This document shows, piece after piece, positions 54,968 to 64,000 of a stretch of DNA of 64,000 nucleotides. A model generated the notes under the pieces. It saw only the letters and a program-made list of their open reading frames with translations, had not been told where the DNA came from and did no database searches. Made by a program: the position numbers and the translations under genes. Numbering within the stretch: position 1 is the stretch's first letter; every line of letters begins with the position of its first letter. Source of the stretch: a virus; IMG/VR virus record IMGVR_UViG_3300042541_001760, positions 53,689 to 117,688 of that record, one strand, 5' to 3'.

Positions 54968-55970
54968 ATTTTGATTCTTTAAAGTTTTCTAAATTTATTG
55001 AATTGGTGTAGGACATTGCCGAACTAAGGTAATCATTGAAATTAATCACCCACTGACTCACGGAATATTCTACTTTATTAAATTTAGTAATTCCTTCTGA
55101 GGTTTTCAATACCTTACGACCCCATTTTTTCTGAACATCTTTTGTACTCATACCTCTGAATGATTTATAGAGATGTTTTTTTAGAAATGGAACATTTTTC
55201 CAAATATATTCAGCATTTTTTTGCGAAATTTTAATCTTCTTAAATAATAGATTATCTCCGCAAGAATCCAACGACTTATTTAATATTCCACCCAACATAA
55301 CATAGTCAGCACCCAAGGCTAACGCCTTAATGATATCATCATAGTTTCTAAAACCACCATCGGCGACGATTTTACTTTTATACTTACCTCTTTTTTTAAT
55401 TTCATAACATTCGTTAATTAACGATGCCATAGGGTAATGAACTCCGGTATTTGCTGAGGTTAAACAACCCGATCCACCACCAATTCCGACACGAATAAAA
55501 TCAACACCAAGTTCGGCGTATTGTCTATAAGTTTCAGGGTTGGCAATATTACCTACCATTAATTTATGACCTAACCAATGCTTTTTTATTGACATAAATT
55601 TATCAACAAGATGGTATAGTTTTTTCATATGACCATTGGCAATATCTATTAAGATATTTAAATCAGGCATATTACCCATATAGTAATCTGTGGTATAATC
55701 ATCAATAAAGTTCTCAAAATCATCCAAAGACATTGATATGAAATGATTATTATTATGTTCATCAGGTTCAATACCTCTTGGAAAGCATGTTACCATACCA
55801 CAATTAGAAAAAACCTTACTATTTTCTAAACTAACCACGGTATCCATTGGTGATACCATAATCGGTAAGAAATGTTCGTCATTAAAGGTATCAACATCTC
55901 TTCTACTATCAATATCAGTTAATGTTTCGGGCACAAGGACAATATCCTTAAAATCAAATTTATTTATCAT
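54924..55970 (-). CDS. GMP reductase / IMP dehydrogenase family protein (no CBS insert)
   Basis: 348 aa. N-terminal FDFKDIVLVPE. Catalytic-loop region VGIGGGSGCLTSANTGV. Phosphate-binding IVADGGFRNYDDIIKALALGADYVMLGGIL. Confidence 0.85.
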   Translation of the reverse strand: MINKFDFKDIVLVPETLTDIDSRRDVDTFNDEHFLPIMVSPMDTVVSLENSKVFSNCGMVTCFPRGIEPDEHNNNHFISMSLDDFENFIDDYTTDYYMGNMPDLNILIDIANGHMKKLYHLVDKFMSIKKHWLGHKLMVGNIANPETYRQYAELGVDFIRVGIGGGSGCLTSANTGVHYPMASLINECYEIKKRGKYKSKIVADGGFRNYDDIIKALALGADYVMLGGILNKSLDSCGDNLLFKKIKISQKNAEYIWKNVPFLKKHLYKSFRGMSTKDVQKKWGRKVLKTSEGITKFNKVEYSVSQWVINFNDYLSSAMSYTNSINLENFKESKFVFITENALNRFNK

Positions 55971-55971
55971 A

Positions 55972-56430
55972 TTAGTTAGTTTTCAAATTTTCTTTTTCCT
56001 CAAAACTCAATAATCCTTTACCATATTTTTCAACCCTTTCTTGATATCGGGTTTTAATTCTGTTGGATATTGGTATTGGATTACCCTCATCATCAATTCT
56101 GACGAATTTAATGTGGGTATGGGTTACAACATCTTGTTCACCTGTATAAACATTGTGTTTTCTAACCTCAATATATAAAGTTACTGATGTTCTACCGAAT
56201 TCTTTAACGCTAGCATACGCTTTTAATAAGTTACCAATCTTAACAGGTTTCTTGAATAACAATTCATCTATTTTGATTGTGACCATTCTTGGGGTGTCAC
56301 ATATTTGACAAGCATAAACTGCGCCGGCTTCATCAATTAATGACATCATATCACCACCGAACATATTTCCGTGGATGCCGATCTCATTGGACATACAAAT
56401 TTTTGTGGTTATCAGTTCCATTTCCATCAA
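55972..56430 (-). CDS. Acyl-CoA thioesterase, hotdog fold (YciA-like)
   Basis: 152 aa. GNMFGGDMMSLIDEAGAVYA...VTIKIDELLFKKPVKIGNLL...RTSVTLYIEV. Confidence 0.65.
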   Translation of the reverse strand: MMEMELITTKICMSNEIGIHGNMFGGDMMSLIDEAGAVYACQICDTPRMVTIKIDELLFKKPVKIGNLLKAYASVKEFGRTSVTLYIEVRKHNVYTGEQDVVTHTHIKFVRIDDEGNPIPISNRIKTRYQERVEKYGKGLLSFEEKENLKTN

Positions 56431-56459
56431 ATTATACCATAAAAAATCATAAATATCAA

Positions 56460-57074
56460 TTAGGAGTTACCAAAAATGTTGGATGATAAATAACCATTTT
56501 TAATTAAGTGTTTATATATATCACCAACACCATAACTCTCAAGCGATCCGGCAATAATCCAACTGGTAACATCATTTATATTTGATTTATCTTTGGTGTT
56601 ATATATACGACAGAATTTGGATATACCATCGTGGGTAAATTCAATATTCCATTCAACTTCCGAATTAATTCTCTGAACCGTATCCGGCTCACCAAAAGTA
56701 TTCACTAAATCCTCAAAATTAATATCATCAATTGTGTTAATTTTGTGTGTCATACCCCAAGTACGAACTCCACACCTAAAATCATATAAGACATCAAAAA
56801 AACTATGGAACATTTCTAATGTGGGTTCTTTTGATTCGTTATAACAAGTCCAAAGGCAATCCTTAACACCATCAAAGATTATATCAGCATTCATTTCATT
56901 GAATACAAAAATATCACAATAGTGTTGTGTTTGTTTTCTTATATGGTAGGGGTTAAAATCCGCAACATCACAAGATTTAATTATGGACATAACACAGGTA
57001 TCTAATCTTGATTTTCTAGGCTTCCCCATAACTCTATTGAAATCATCTATTGATTCGTAAATATTCATACCCAT
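56460..57074 (-). CDS. Hypothetical protein
   Basis: 204-aa ORF. A TATAAATAC box abuts the start codon. Confidence 0.5.
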   Translation of the reverse strand: MGMNIYESIDDFNRVMGKPRKSRLDTCVMSIIKSCDVADFNPYHIRKQTQHYCDIFVFNEMNADIIFDGVKDCLWTCYNESKEPTLEMFHSFFDVLYDFRCGVRTWGMTHKINTIDDINFEDLVNTFGEPDTVQRINSEVEWNIEFTHDGISKFCRIYNTKDKSNINDVTSWIIAGSLESYGVGDIYKHLIKNGYLSSNIFGNS

Positions 57075-57100
57075 ATAAATACTATATAAAACAAAGTTAT

Positions 57101-57112
57101 TAATATTTATTT
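57101..57112 (+). promoter_or_regulatory. Putative -7 promoter box (TAATATTTATTT)
   Basis: 15 nt upstream of ATG 57127. Confidence 0.3.
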
Positions 57113-57126
57113 ATAAAATATAAATT

Positions 57127-57861
57127 ATGAGAAAAATATTTATTTCTGCGGGTCACTCCAACAAATCCGGAAAAGACCAAGGAGCTCAAGGTAATGGTTA
57201 TATTGAAGGTCAATTAGCCGTTGAGTTAAGAAACTTATTGGTTTCTGAATTAAAAAGTTTAGGTATTACCCCGGTTGGGGATGCTGATTCAAATGTCCTT
57301 AAAGATAGTATAACATTCTTTAAAAACCTTACGGCTAAAGATAGTATTGTCTTAGACATACATTGGAATGCAGGTCCACCATCAGCAACAGGTGTTGAGG
57401 TATTAATACCATCCGAAAATAGTTCTGTTGAACGGAATTTGGCAAAGGATTTAGCGGATGAGATATCAAACACATTATCAATCCCTTTAAGAGGATCTCA
57501 CGCAGGACTTGCCGGTGTTAAAACTGAAGCCGAATCACATCACGGAAGATTGGGATGGATGAGATTAACGGGTGAAAATGTATTACTTGAAATGTGTTTT
57601 ATATCAAGTAAATCTGATATGGAATCATATCAGAAGAACAAATCAACTATTGCTAAAAAGATTGCGAAAGTATTGTATGATTATGCTAATGATAATGGAA
57701 TACCACAAATCATAGGAACGACCAAAACTTATAAAGTTAAGAGTGGTGATACCTTATCAAAAATCGCAGTTGATAATAAGACATCGGTTAGTGAGATAAA
57801 GAGATTAAACAATTTAACATCAGACACTATAAAGATTAACCAAGTATTAATAGTTAACTAA
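57127..57861 (+). CDS. N-acetylmuramoyl-L-alanine amidase (Amidase_3-type) with C-terminal LysM: endolysin candidate
   Basis: 244 aa. FISAGHSNKSGKDQGAQG...DSIVLDIHWNAG...GVEVLI matches the AmiC-type zinc amidase layout. C-terminal LysM YKVKSGDTLSKIAVDNKTSVSEIKRLNNL. Confidence 0.85.
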   Translation: MRKIFISAGHSNKSGKDQGAQGNGYIEGQLAVELRNLLVSELKSLGITPVGDADSNVLKDSITFFKNLTAKDSIVLDIHWNAGPPSATGVEVLIPSENSSVERNLAKDLADEISNTLSIPLRGSHAGLAGVKTEAESHHGRLGWMRLTGENVLLEMCFISSKSDMESYQKNKSTIAKKIAKVLYDYANDNGIPQIIGTTKTYKVKSGDTLSKIAVDNKTSVSEIKRLNNLTSDTIKINQVLIVN

Positions 57862-57892
57862 CAAAAAACCCCCAATTAAGGGGGTTTTTTTA
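57862..57892. terminator. Bidirectional rho-independent terminator
   Basis: AACCCCC-AATTAA-GGGGGTTTTTTT between convergent genes. Confidence 0.6.
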
Positions 57893-58429
57893 TTTTCTAA
57901 CAAATTTTCTCATTATTTCCTCTTTCGTTAAGAAAGGTTTCGGAACTTCCTTCTCTATAATAGGTTGAGGTTGTTTTCTAACAGGTTGGGGTCTTGACTC
58001 ACTTACAACTCTAACAGGTTCAGTAGTCCTTTTTGTCTCAACAACCTTTTTAGGTTCTTCAACTCTCGTTAAAGTAATTTCATTCATAACAATTCTTGGT
58101 TTCTCAGAAACCTGTTGTTCTTGAACAACCACATTAACTTTCTTATCCGCTTGAACTGAGAATTCAGAATTCCAAGGTTCAAAATGAACATCATCAGCAA
58201 TTATTTCCAATTTCAATAATCCAATTGTTCCTTCACTTAAAATACCTTTCAATTTAGGTAATTCAAATTCACAAACACCATTATCAAATATTTTACCCTT
58301 AAAAAGATAAGACATTTGGTCATTCGTTTCCAAAATCACTCTCGCTTGTGATTTTTCTAATGAAGTTCCTTCAACTTGTATTGAACATTGGAACTTATTT
58401 AACTTGTCGGTATATAATTTGTAACTCAT
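57890..58429 (-). CDS. Hypothetical protein
   Basis: 179-aa ORF with a Pro/Gln-rich C-terminus. Confidence 0.45.
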   Translation of the reverse strand: MSYKLYTDKLNKFQCSIQVEGTSLEKSQARVILETNDQMSYLFKGKIFDNGVCEFELPKLKGILSEGTIGLLKLEIIADDVHFEPWNSEFSVQADKKVNVVVQEQQVSEKPRIVMNEITLTRVEEPKKVVETKRTTEPVRVVSESRPQPVRKQPQPIIEKEVPKPFLTKEEIMRKFVRK

Positions 58430-58430
58430 A

Positions 58431-58742
58431 TTAAAATATAATCTTAACTTTTATTTCTCTTAATTCTTTAATAAATAGTTCCATATCTTTAATTTTCACT
58501 TTGGTCTTTTGATTTTTTACTTTGTTACTTCTGATGGTCAATTCTTCACCAGATTCTTTTTCTAATTTAACCATTAGTCCGATAAGGATTTTTTTCTCAT
58601 CCTCGGACATTTTCTTACGTATTTTTCTTGGGCTTCCGATAGCACCTTGAATTTCAGCAATTAAACATCCTTCAACCCAAGTTATATTCGCATTGTCCCA
58701 ACTAAAATCTGCGTCATCCCACGCATAACATATTGTTGCCAT
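58431..58742 (-). CDS. Hypothetical protein
   Basis: 103-aa ORF. Confidence 0.45.
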   Translation of the reverse strand: MATICYAWDDADFSWDNANITWVEGCLIAEIQGAIGSPRKIRKKMSEDEKKILIGLMVKLEKESGEELTIRSNKVKNQKTKVKIKDMELFIKELREIKVKIIF

Positions 58743-58796
58743 ATCTATAATTATAAGTATTTATAAAGGGAACAAAATAGTTATAATTTTTAGTGT

Positions 58797-61700
58797 ATGC
58801 CAGATATCAAAGGTCAGTTAATAAAGGACTCATATAATTACGTATTACAATCTGACTTAATTTCAGGAATAATTTATAGAATTGGTGGCGATGCCCCCAA
58901 TAATCCTAAATTCATTTCGGGACTAACTGTTAATGCTAATTTTACCTATTCCGACGGATCTGAATTCCCTGGATATGTATTGACATGCGACTCCGCAGGA
59001 AATGCGGTTTGGGGTCCTGTATCGGGAGCAACATCAGGTGTTGTGGTAACGGGAGGAACATTTGATTATTCCGCAGGAACTTTAACACTTGGATTATCAA
59101 ATGGTGTTAACGTACCTATATCAGGTTTAGAAGATATATATGTCACAGGTGGTGTTGTTTCAGGAAATTCTATAGTTTTTAGTTATAATGACACCAATAC
59201 TTTTGAAGTAAGTGGGATAACGTCTTTTGATACCTTTACTTCCTATACCGCTAGTACGGAACAGATTTTAAATTCAAAAGTTGATATTAATCTTTTCAAT
59301 AGTGAAGTAGAAACTCTTGAGATTGAGATAGAAAATAGAGTTCAGATACCTACATTTACCGCTTATACCGCAACTACACAACCATTAATATTAAATTCGG
59401 TAACAGGTGGAACATATTCAGGTGGAACACTTTATTTAGTTAATAATTCAGGTACAACAATACCGATTAGTGGGTTTACAACAGGTGGAACATCAACAAC
59501 TGACACTTTTGTAACAGGATTTAGTCTAAACAATGAAATAATAACATTATCTCAAAATAGGATTGACCAATATTCTGCATTTAATATAAGTTTATCGGGT
59601 TATGTAACTAATAATATATTTAGTTCCTATACCGCATCCACACAATCCACTATAAATAATAAATTAGACATTAGTGGATTTACCGCTTATACCGCAACCA
59701 CTGAAACAACTATAAACAATAAATTAGATACAAGTGGATTTACCGCTTATACCGCAACTACACAACCATTAATATTAAATTCGGTAACGGGCGGTACATT
59801 TAGTGGGGGTACATTATATCTAATAAATAATTCAGGTACAACAATACCTATTAGTGGATTTACAACAGGCGGAACATCAACTACTGACACTTTTGTAACA
59901 GGATTCACATTAAGTGCTAATACAATAACTTTATCACAAAATAGAACTGATAGTTATTCGTCATTTACAATAAGTTTATCGGCATATACAGGTAGTTCGG
60001 TTTCAGGTGAATATCTTCCTTTAAGTGGGGGGACAGTAACAGGTCCAACTATATTCCAATCAGGATTAACTGCTAATACGATATCGGCAACAACCTATTA
60101 TAATTTACCAACTGATGTATTTGTTACAGGAGGAACTTACGCTAGTGGTAACGCAATATTCACAAATAACACCGGAGGGACATTTACCGTATCAGGATTT
60201 GCTATCGGTGGTGGTGGGGGTCAAACATTCTATTTAAATATTTCACAAGCAAAAGGTAGTAATAGATATCTAAGCATAACTGCTAGTACCGCCGCGGAAC
60301 AATCAACAGGTGTAACAATTGCTGATGGAGTAACAGGAACAATAGCCTCATTCCAAACAGACGAATTAGGAGTTACACTTATACCTGATGGTGTTTGGGC
60401 ATTTTATTTACACTCATATAAAAGTAATTCTAACGCATCTTTTAATATATTCGTTGAGGTATATAAGAGGACAAGTGGGGGAACTCAAACATTACTATTT
60501 ACGACTGACCCAGCACCTGTAACAACTAACTCACCTAACCCCTCAATGCAGTTAAGTGATAGTTATTTTAGTGGATGTCCATTAGTTGTTACAGATAGTA
60601 TAGTTGCGACTGTTAGAGCAACTAATACGAGTAATCAGTCACACGTAATAACATTATTTAGTGAGGGCTCACAACATTATTCATACGGAGTATCAAGCAT
60701 ACCAACACAACAAGGTTTAACTTGTGATACTTTAAGTGGATGTAGTATTATTCAAACCATTCAAGGGGAAATAACAACTATAAATGGTGATGTAGAAACT
60801 ATTTTTTCAAGTATAACCGGCACCCCACAACAAATAGCGTATTATAATGTTGATGGTAATTTAACGGGTGATACTAACTTTACAAGATTAGATGAAAGTG
60901 GTAATTATCAAACTATTATAGGAACTATTAATTCTTTAAACGTAAATGAATATCAACAAAGTAGTTATAATTATGATAGAGTAAGAAGTAGGATATATAA
61001 TGACGATATATCGTTAGTAGGTGTAACTAGATTAGAAAGTCAATCATTTCTTAGTAAAGTAGAAAACACGTCAGGTGGTACTATATCAAGTTTAGAAATT
61101 TTAGAGTCGTCAGGTAGTTTTACATATCAAGATAGTGGTGGAACGTATTGTGGATTTTTCTATAACTCAACTAATCCTGGTTGGAGTGTTGTTAGAACTG
61201 AAACGCAATATGATTACAATTTACCTCAATCGGCCTATGTTGCAGGTTCAGTTTTAACAGATGTTAGTGGAGATGGAAATTTAACTTGGGTTGTTCCGAC
61301 CAATACTTCATTTACAGGTGGTACCGTAAGTGGCGCAACTAGATTTACTAATGGATTAACGGCTAACACAATATCGGCAACGACATATCAAAATTTACCA
61401 GCAACCTTACCATTAACAGGGGGAACTATAACGGGTAATGTTGTTGTTGATAGTCCAACTACGGCTAATCAAAAAGCATTAACCGTATTTTCTGAAAATA
61501 CATCGGAGTCAATTGCGTTTTACGGTATTGCCGGACAAGGAACAAATGCTTACGGTGTTTATTGTGAAGTTTCACCGTCCCAAGAATTTTTTACAATTAC
61601 AAACGGTATCGGAGGTTATTTTAATGTAGGTAATTTGTTTGGTGAGGGAGAACCAACCAATAAATATTCTTTACAATTAATAGATGGAACTGAAGGTCTT

Positions 61701-62123
61701 AATAAAGTTTTAACCTCAGTTACAAGTGATGGTAAATCGAATTGGGCTGATACTTTAAATGTATCCGCAGTTACCGCCACAACAATTACTTCAAATTCGG
61801 TAAAAGTATTACCCGTCGCACTTACAGTAATATCAAATACCGCATCAACCGACGCATCTCTATCAAGTTTATTCACATTAACATTAACAGGTAATACAAC
61901 ACTCGCAACACCAACAAATGGTTTTTCAGGTCAGAGAATTGTGTATAGATTAAGACAAGATGGTACAGGAAGTAAACTTTTAACACTATCAAGTGGATTT
62001 AGAAGTGGTCCTGTAACCGTAACACTATCAACCGCCGCCAACACAACAGATTATTTGGGTGTTATTTATAATGAATTTGATAATGTGTGGGATGTGTTAG
62101 CATTAAACAAAGGATATAGTTAA
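58797..62123 (+). CDS. Tail fibre / receptor-binding structural protein with internal tandem duplications
   Basis: 1108 aa, Thr/Ser/Gly-rich. A ~75-aa unit (FTAYTATTQPLILNSVTGGT.SGGTLYL.NNSGTTIPISGFTTGGTSTTDTFVTGF...) is duplicated at about 59340-59560 and 59690-59920. A further repeat LSGGTVTGPT.F.SGLTANTISATTY.NLP occurs at about 60010 and 61310. Confidence 0.7.
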   Translation: MPDIKGQLIKDSYNYVLQSDLISGIIYRIGGDAPNNPKFISGLTVNANFTYSDGSEFPGYVLTCDSAGNAVWGPVSGATSGVVVTGGTFDYSAGTLTLGLSNGVNVPISGLEDIYVTGGVVSGNSIVFSYNDTNTFEVSGITSFDTFTSYTASTEQILNSKVDINLFNSEVETLEIEIENRVQIPTFTAYTATTQPLILNSVTGGTYSGGTLYLVNNSGTTIPISGFTTGGTSTTDTFVTGFSLNNEIITLSQNRIDQYSAFNISLSGYVTNNIFSSYTASTQSTINNKLDISGFTAYTATTETTINNKLDTSGFTAYTATTQPLILNSVTGGTFSGGTLYLINNSGTTIPISGFTTGGTSTTDTFVTGFTLSANTITLSQNRTDSYSSFTISLSAYTGSSVSGEYLPLSGGTVTGPTIFQSGLTANTISATTYYNLPTDVFVTGGTYASGNAIFTNNTGGTFTVSGFAIGGGGGQTFYLNISQAKGSNRYLSITASTAAEQSTGVTIADGVTGTIASFQTDELGVTLIPDGVWAFYLHSYKSNSNASFNIFVEVYKRTSGGTQTLLFTTDPAPVTTNSPNPSMQLSDSYFSGCPLVVTDSIVATVRATNTSNQSHVITLFSEGSQHYSYGVSSIPTQQGLTCDTLSGCSIIQTIQGEITTINGDVETIFSSITGTPQQIAYYNVDGNLTGDTNFTRLDESGNYQTIIGTINSLNVNEYQQSSYNYDRVRSRIYNDDISLVGVTRLESQSFLSKVENTSGGTISSLEILESSGSFTYQDSGGTYCGFFYNSTNPGWSVVRTETQYDYNLPQSAYVAGSVLTDVSGDGNLTWVVPTNTSFTGGTVSGATRFTNGLTANTISATTYQNLPATLPLTGGTITGNVVVDSPTTANQKALTVFSENTSESIAFYGIAGQGTNAYGVYCEVSPSQEFFTITNGIGGYFNVGNLFGEGEPTNKYSLQLIDGTEGLNKVLTSVTSDGKSNWADTLNVSAVTATTITSNSVKVLPVALTVISNTASTDASLSSLFTLTLTGNTTLATPTNGFSGQRIVYRLRQDGTGSKLLTLSSGFRSGPVTVTLSTAANTTDYLGVIYNEFDNVWDVLALNKGYS

Positions 62124-62125
62124 TT

Positions 62126-62371
62126 ATGACAGGATTTACATACGAATATACAAATGGTTATATAAATAGTAATACCGAAATTAGATTAATTAAAATCTAT
62201 AATGACGGAGTTTACTATTTTAAGGATTGGGTTGAATTGGATGGTTCATCATCAGAATTAGATTGGGAAAATAGAGCAAGTGAGATTATGGTACAAGTAG
62301 AACTATCTATGGATAATAATGTTCCGACACAAGACCAAATATACGATAGTCAGGAAGGAGAATTAGAGTAA
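62126..62371 (+). CDS. Small hypothetical protein (tail-fibre-associated, possible assembly chaperone)
   Basis: 81-aa ORF between two fibre genes. Its stop overlaps the next start (TAATG). Confidence 0.4.
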   Translation: MTGFTYEYTNGYINSNTEIRLIKIYNDGVYYFKDWVELDGSSSELDWENRASEIMVQVELSMDNNVPTQDQIYDSQEGELE

Positions 62372-64000
62372 TGGCAAAATTAGCGTCAATAACAAGTGGA
62401 AACTTTACAAGTTCCTCAACGTGGGGGGTGATTAATGAACAATCATTTCAATCGGGAACTAATACCTTTACCAGTTATTCAGTTACAACAACACCAACTT
62501 CTCTTGGTACTTTTTCACCGGCATCAACAGTTACCGCAACACATATTGGTTTTAGACTTGTAGGTACGGGTATTATAGGCACACTAACATTTGATATTTT
62601 TAATGTTACGTTAGGTGCTCAAGTTGCGGGAACGTCAGTTACTATTAATAAAAGTGCTTTAAATTTTAATTTGGGGTCCTTATCCAGTACTTGGTATTTG
62701 GTAAAAATTCCAACACCACCCTCTTTAGTATCAGGAACTAATTACGCGATTAGGGTGTCCCATACTGCGGGTTCAACAACATCAATAATGGCGTCAACTG
62801 CCACTGCCACCAATACATTTAGATTTATAGTAACATCAACAACACAAGCACCGGCATCGGCCGATGATTTATGGGTTGTTTCAGAATGGACTACAGGGTC
62901 AACGGTAAATGAGTTTACCGTAACTATGGATAACACAACATCCGCAACAACATTTGGTTCGGCAAACGCAAGTTACGGAGGTGTTAGTCTTAATACAAAC
63001 GCTTATTTGAATTACGGTACATCGGCATCCACAAATTATTACTTAAGATTAAATGGTTTTGTATGGTTATCCGCCGGTGCTAGTTTAAATATTGGAACAT
63101 CAGCAACTACCATACCGTCAACATCAACCGCAGTTTTAGAATTCAGTGGATCATCCCAAGGATTTGTTCAAAATAGTAACGCCGCTTCGGTTTCTTTCGG
63201 AACGTATATATCATCTATTGTAATAAGAGGAGACAACCCAACTAACCCTTACGCTCTTTTAGGTGCTGATGCCGCGGTTTCCGCAACTTCAATAACCACT
63301 AATATATCAACAGGGTGGAAAAGTGGTGACCAAATTGTTTTAGCGGGAACAGGTGCGGTAGCAACAGGTCAAGATTTGAGAACATTATCAACAGATGCCG
63401 TAGGAACTACACTTACCGTAACTTCGGGATTAACAAATGCACATGGAGGTTCAGGTGATGTTATTGGGGAGGTTATAAACCTTACTAGAAATGTAAAAAT
63501 TAGAAATTCAAACGCAAGTCAAGGCAGTTTGGCGGGTTTTTCTAGTAATTTAGTTGACATTCAAGGAACTGAAATTAGAAATATGGGGATTTTAACTTTG
63601 AGTGGAGCCGCAAGAAAAACATTTAAATATAATAGTTTTTATAATTCCACTCAAATGTCAGTAACTGCAACGGGTCCAATAAACATAGATTACAATTGTT
63701 TTTATAATTGCTCATATTTTCTGAGAGGTCCGGTAGGTTCTACGACAACTGCAAGTACCGTAAATTTCAATTATTTTATTTTAGCAACAGGAGGATCTTC
63801 AGGGTTAGAAGGTAATATTAATATTAACCCAAGATTTACAGATTTCATAGGTAATGTCGCTTCAGGATTGGCGGCTACAGTTAGTAGTGCTTTTGGTTCA
63901 ATCGTATTTTATAATCCAGGAACAACATTCTTGGATAAGTTATCTAACGGAGTAGTATCGGCATGTACGGTGCATTCCTCAAATGCCGGATTCGGAACAT
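62371..64000 (+). CDS. Second large Thr/Ser-rich structural (fibre/beta-helix-like) protein, partial at window end
   Basis: Frame 1 is open from ATG 62371 to the end of the window (about 543 codons, no stop). Composition is like the preceding fibre, with repeated ...NxS/T... beta-strand-like segments. The antisense ORF 62742-62936 is spurious. Confidence 0.6.
   Translation, partial: MAKLASITSGNFTSSSTWGVINEQSFQSGTNTFTSYSVTTTPTSLGTFSPASTVTATHIGFRLVGTGIIGTLTFDIFNVTLGAQVAGTSVTINKSALNFNLGSLSSTWYLVKIPTPPSLVSGTNYAIRVSHTAGSTTSIMASTATATNTFRFIVTSTTQAPASADDLWVVSEWTTGSTVNEFTVTMDNTTSATTFGSANASYGGVSLNTNAYLNYGTSASTNYYLRLNGFVWLSAGASLNIGTSATTIPSTSTAVLEFSGSSQGFVQNSNAASVSFGTYISSIVIRGDNPTNPYALLGADAAVSATSITTNISTGWKSGDQIVLAGTGAVATGQDLRTLSTDAVGTTLTVTSGLTNAHGGSGDVIGEVINLTRNVKIRNSNASQGSLAGFSSNLVDIQGTEIRNMGILTLSGAARKTFKYNSFYNSTQMSVTATGPINIDYNCFYNCSYFLRGPVGSTTTASTVNFNYFILATGGSSGLEGNININPRFTDFIGNVASGLAATVSSAFGSIVFYNPGTTFLDKLSNGVVSACTVHSSNAGFGT

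Noticed and set aside
62742-62936. 64-aa minus ORF
   Set aside because: It is antisense within a long open + frame (62371 to end) that continues the tail-fibre-like gene.
1-64000. CRISPR arrays, toxin-antitoxin pairs, restriction-modification or other canonical defence or anti-defence islands
   Set aside because: No regularly spaced direct repeats with unique spacers are present. No methyltransferase motifs were seen. The only nuclease is a single HNH homing-type endonuclease.

Overview
This window is AT-rich (roughly one-third GC) and densely coded, mostly on the minus strand. It reads as part of a large virulent T4-like phage genome. The identity rests on clear homologues of T4 gp21 prohead protease (1-395, partial), gp20 portal (1706-3568) and gp17 large terminase (3632-5404), plus T4-style RNA-repair enzymes: an Rnl1-like RNA ligase, a Pnk-like P-loop kinase and a calcineurin-type phosphoesterase. 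The host is almost certainly a member of Bacteroidota (Flavobacteriia/Cytophagia). Evidence: a protein with SprB repeats, PKD domains and a type-B T9SS C-terminal domain; Bacteroidetes-style -7 promoter boxes (TAnnTTTG / TATTTAT) close to start codons; no Shine-Dalgarno sequences. Other content is a proteostasis cluster (Hsp20, a ClpC-like double AAA+ ATPase without an N-domain, an M20-type peptidase) next to what I read as a phage-encoded tmRNA (18076-18468, G3:U70 acceptor pair, tag ending ...ETVAVA). Three multi-domain cell-wall hydrolases are present: a nucleotidyltransferase/PG-binding/M23/alpha-beta-hydrolase fusion, an SGNH esterase/PG-binding/lytic transglycosylase fusion, and an amidase with LysM. 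Seven or eight minus-strand tRNA genes are present (Met x2, Tyr, Cys, Arg, Glu, one type II tRNA with an odd anticodon loop, one aberrant tRNA-like element). Also present: an HNH endonuclease, nucleotide and lipid auxiliary genes (GMP reductase/IMPDH family, hotdog thioesterase), an LpxH-like phosphoesterase with a GT2 glycosyltransferase, an SPFH-domain protein, and large repeat-containing tail fibre genes at the 3' end. The most striking feature is a family of genes carrying a conserved ~15-residue N-terminal leader (MNLQENIQRIQEVMG, conserved at nucleotide level). Five members sit in tandem at 18.5-22.8 kb and more are dispersed. Their C-terminal bodies are unrelated. Because the window also encodes a gp21-like prohead protease, and the leaders carry L/I-x-E motifs, I propose these are capsid-targeting/propeptide signals on packaged (ejected) proteins. 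No CRISPR array, integrase or obvious mobile element was seen.
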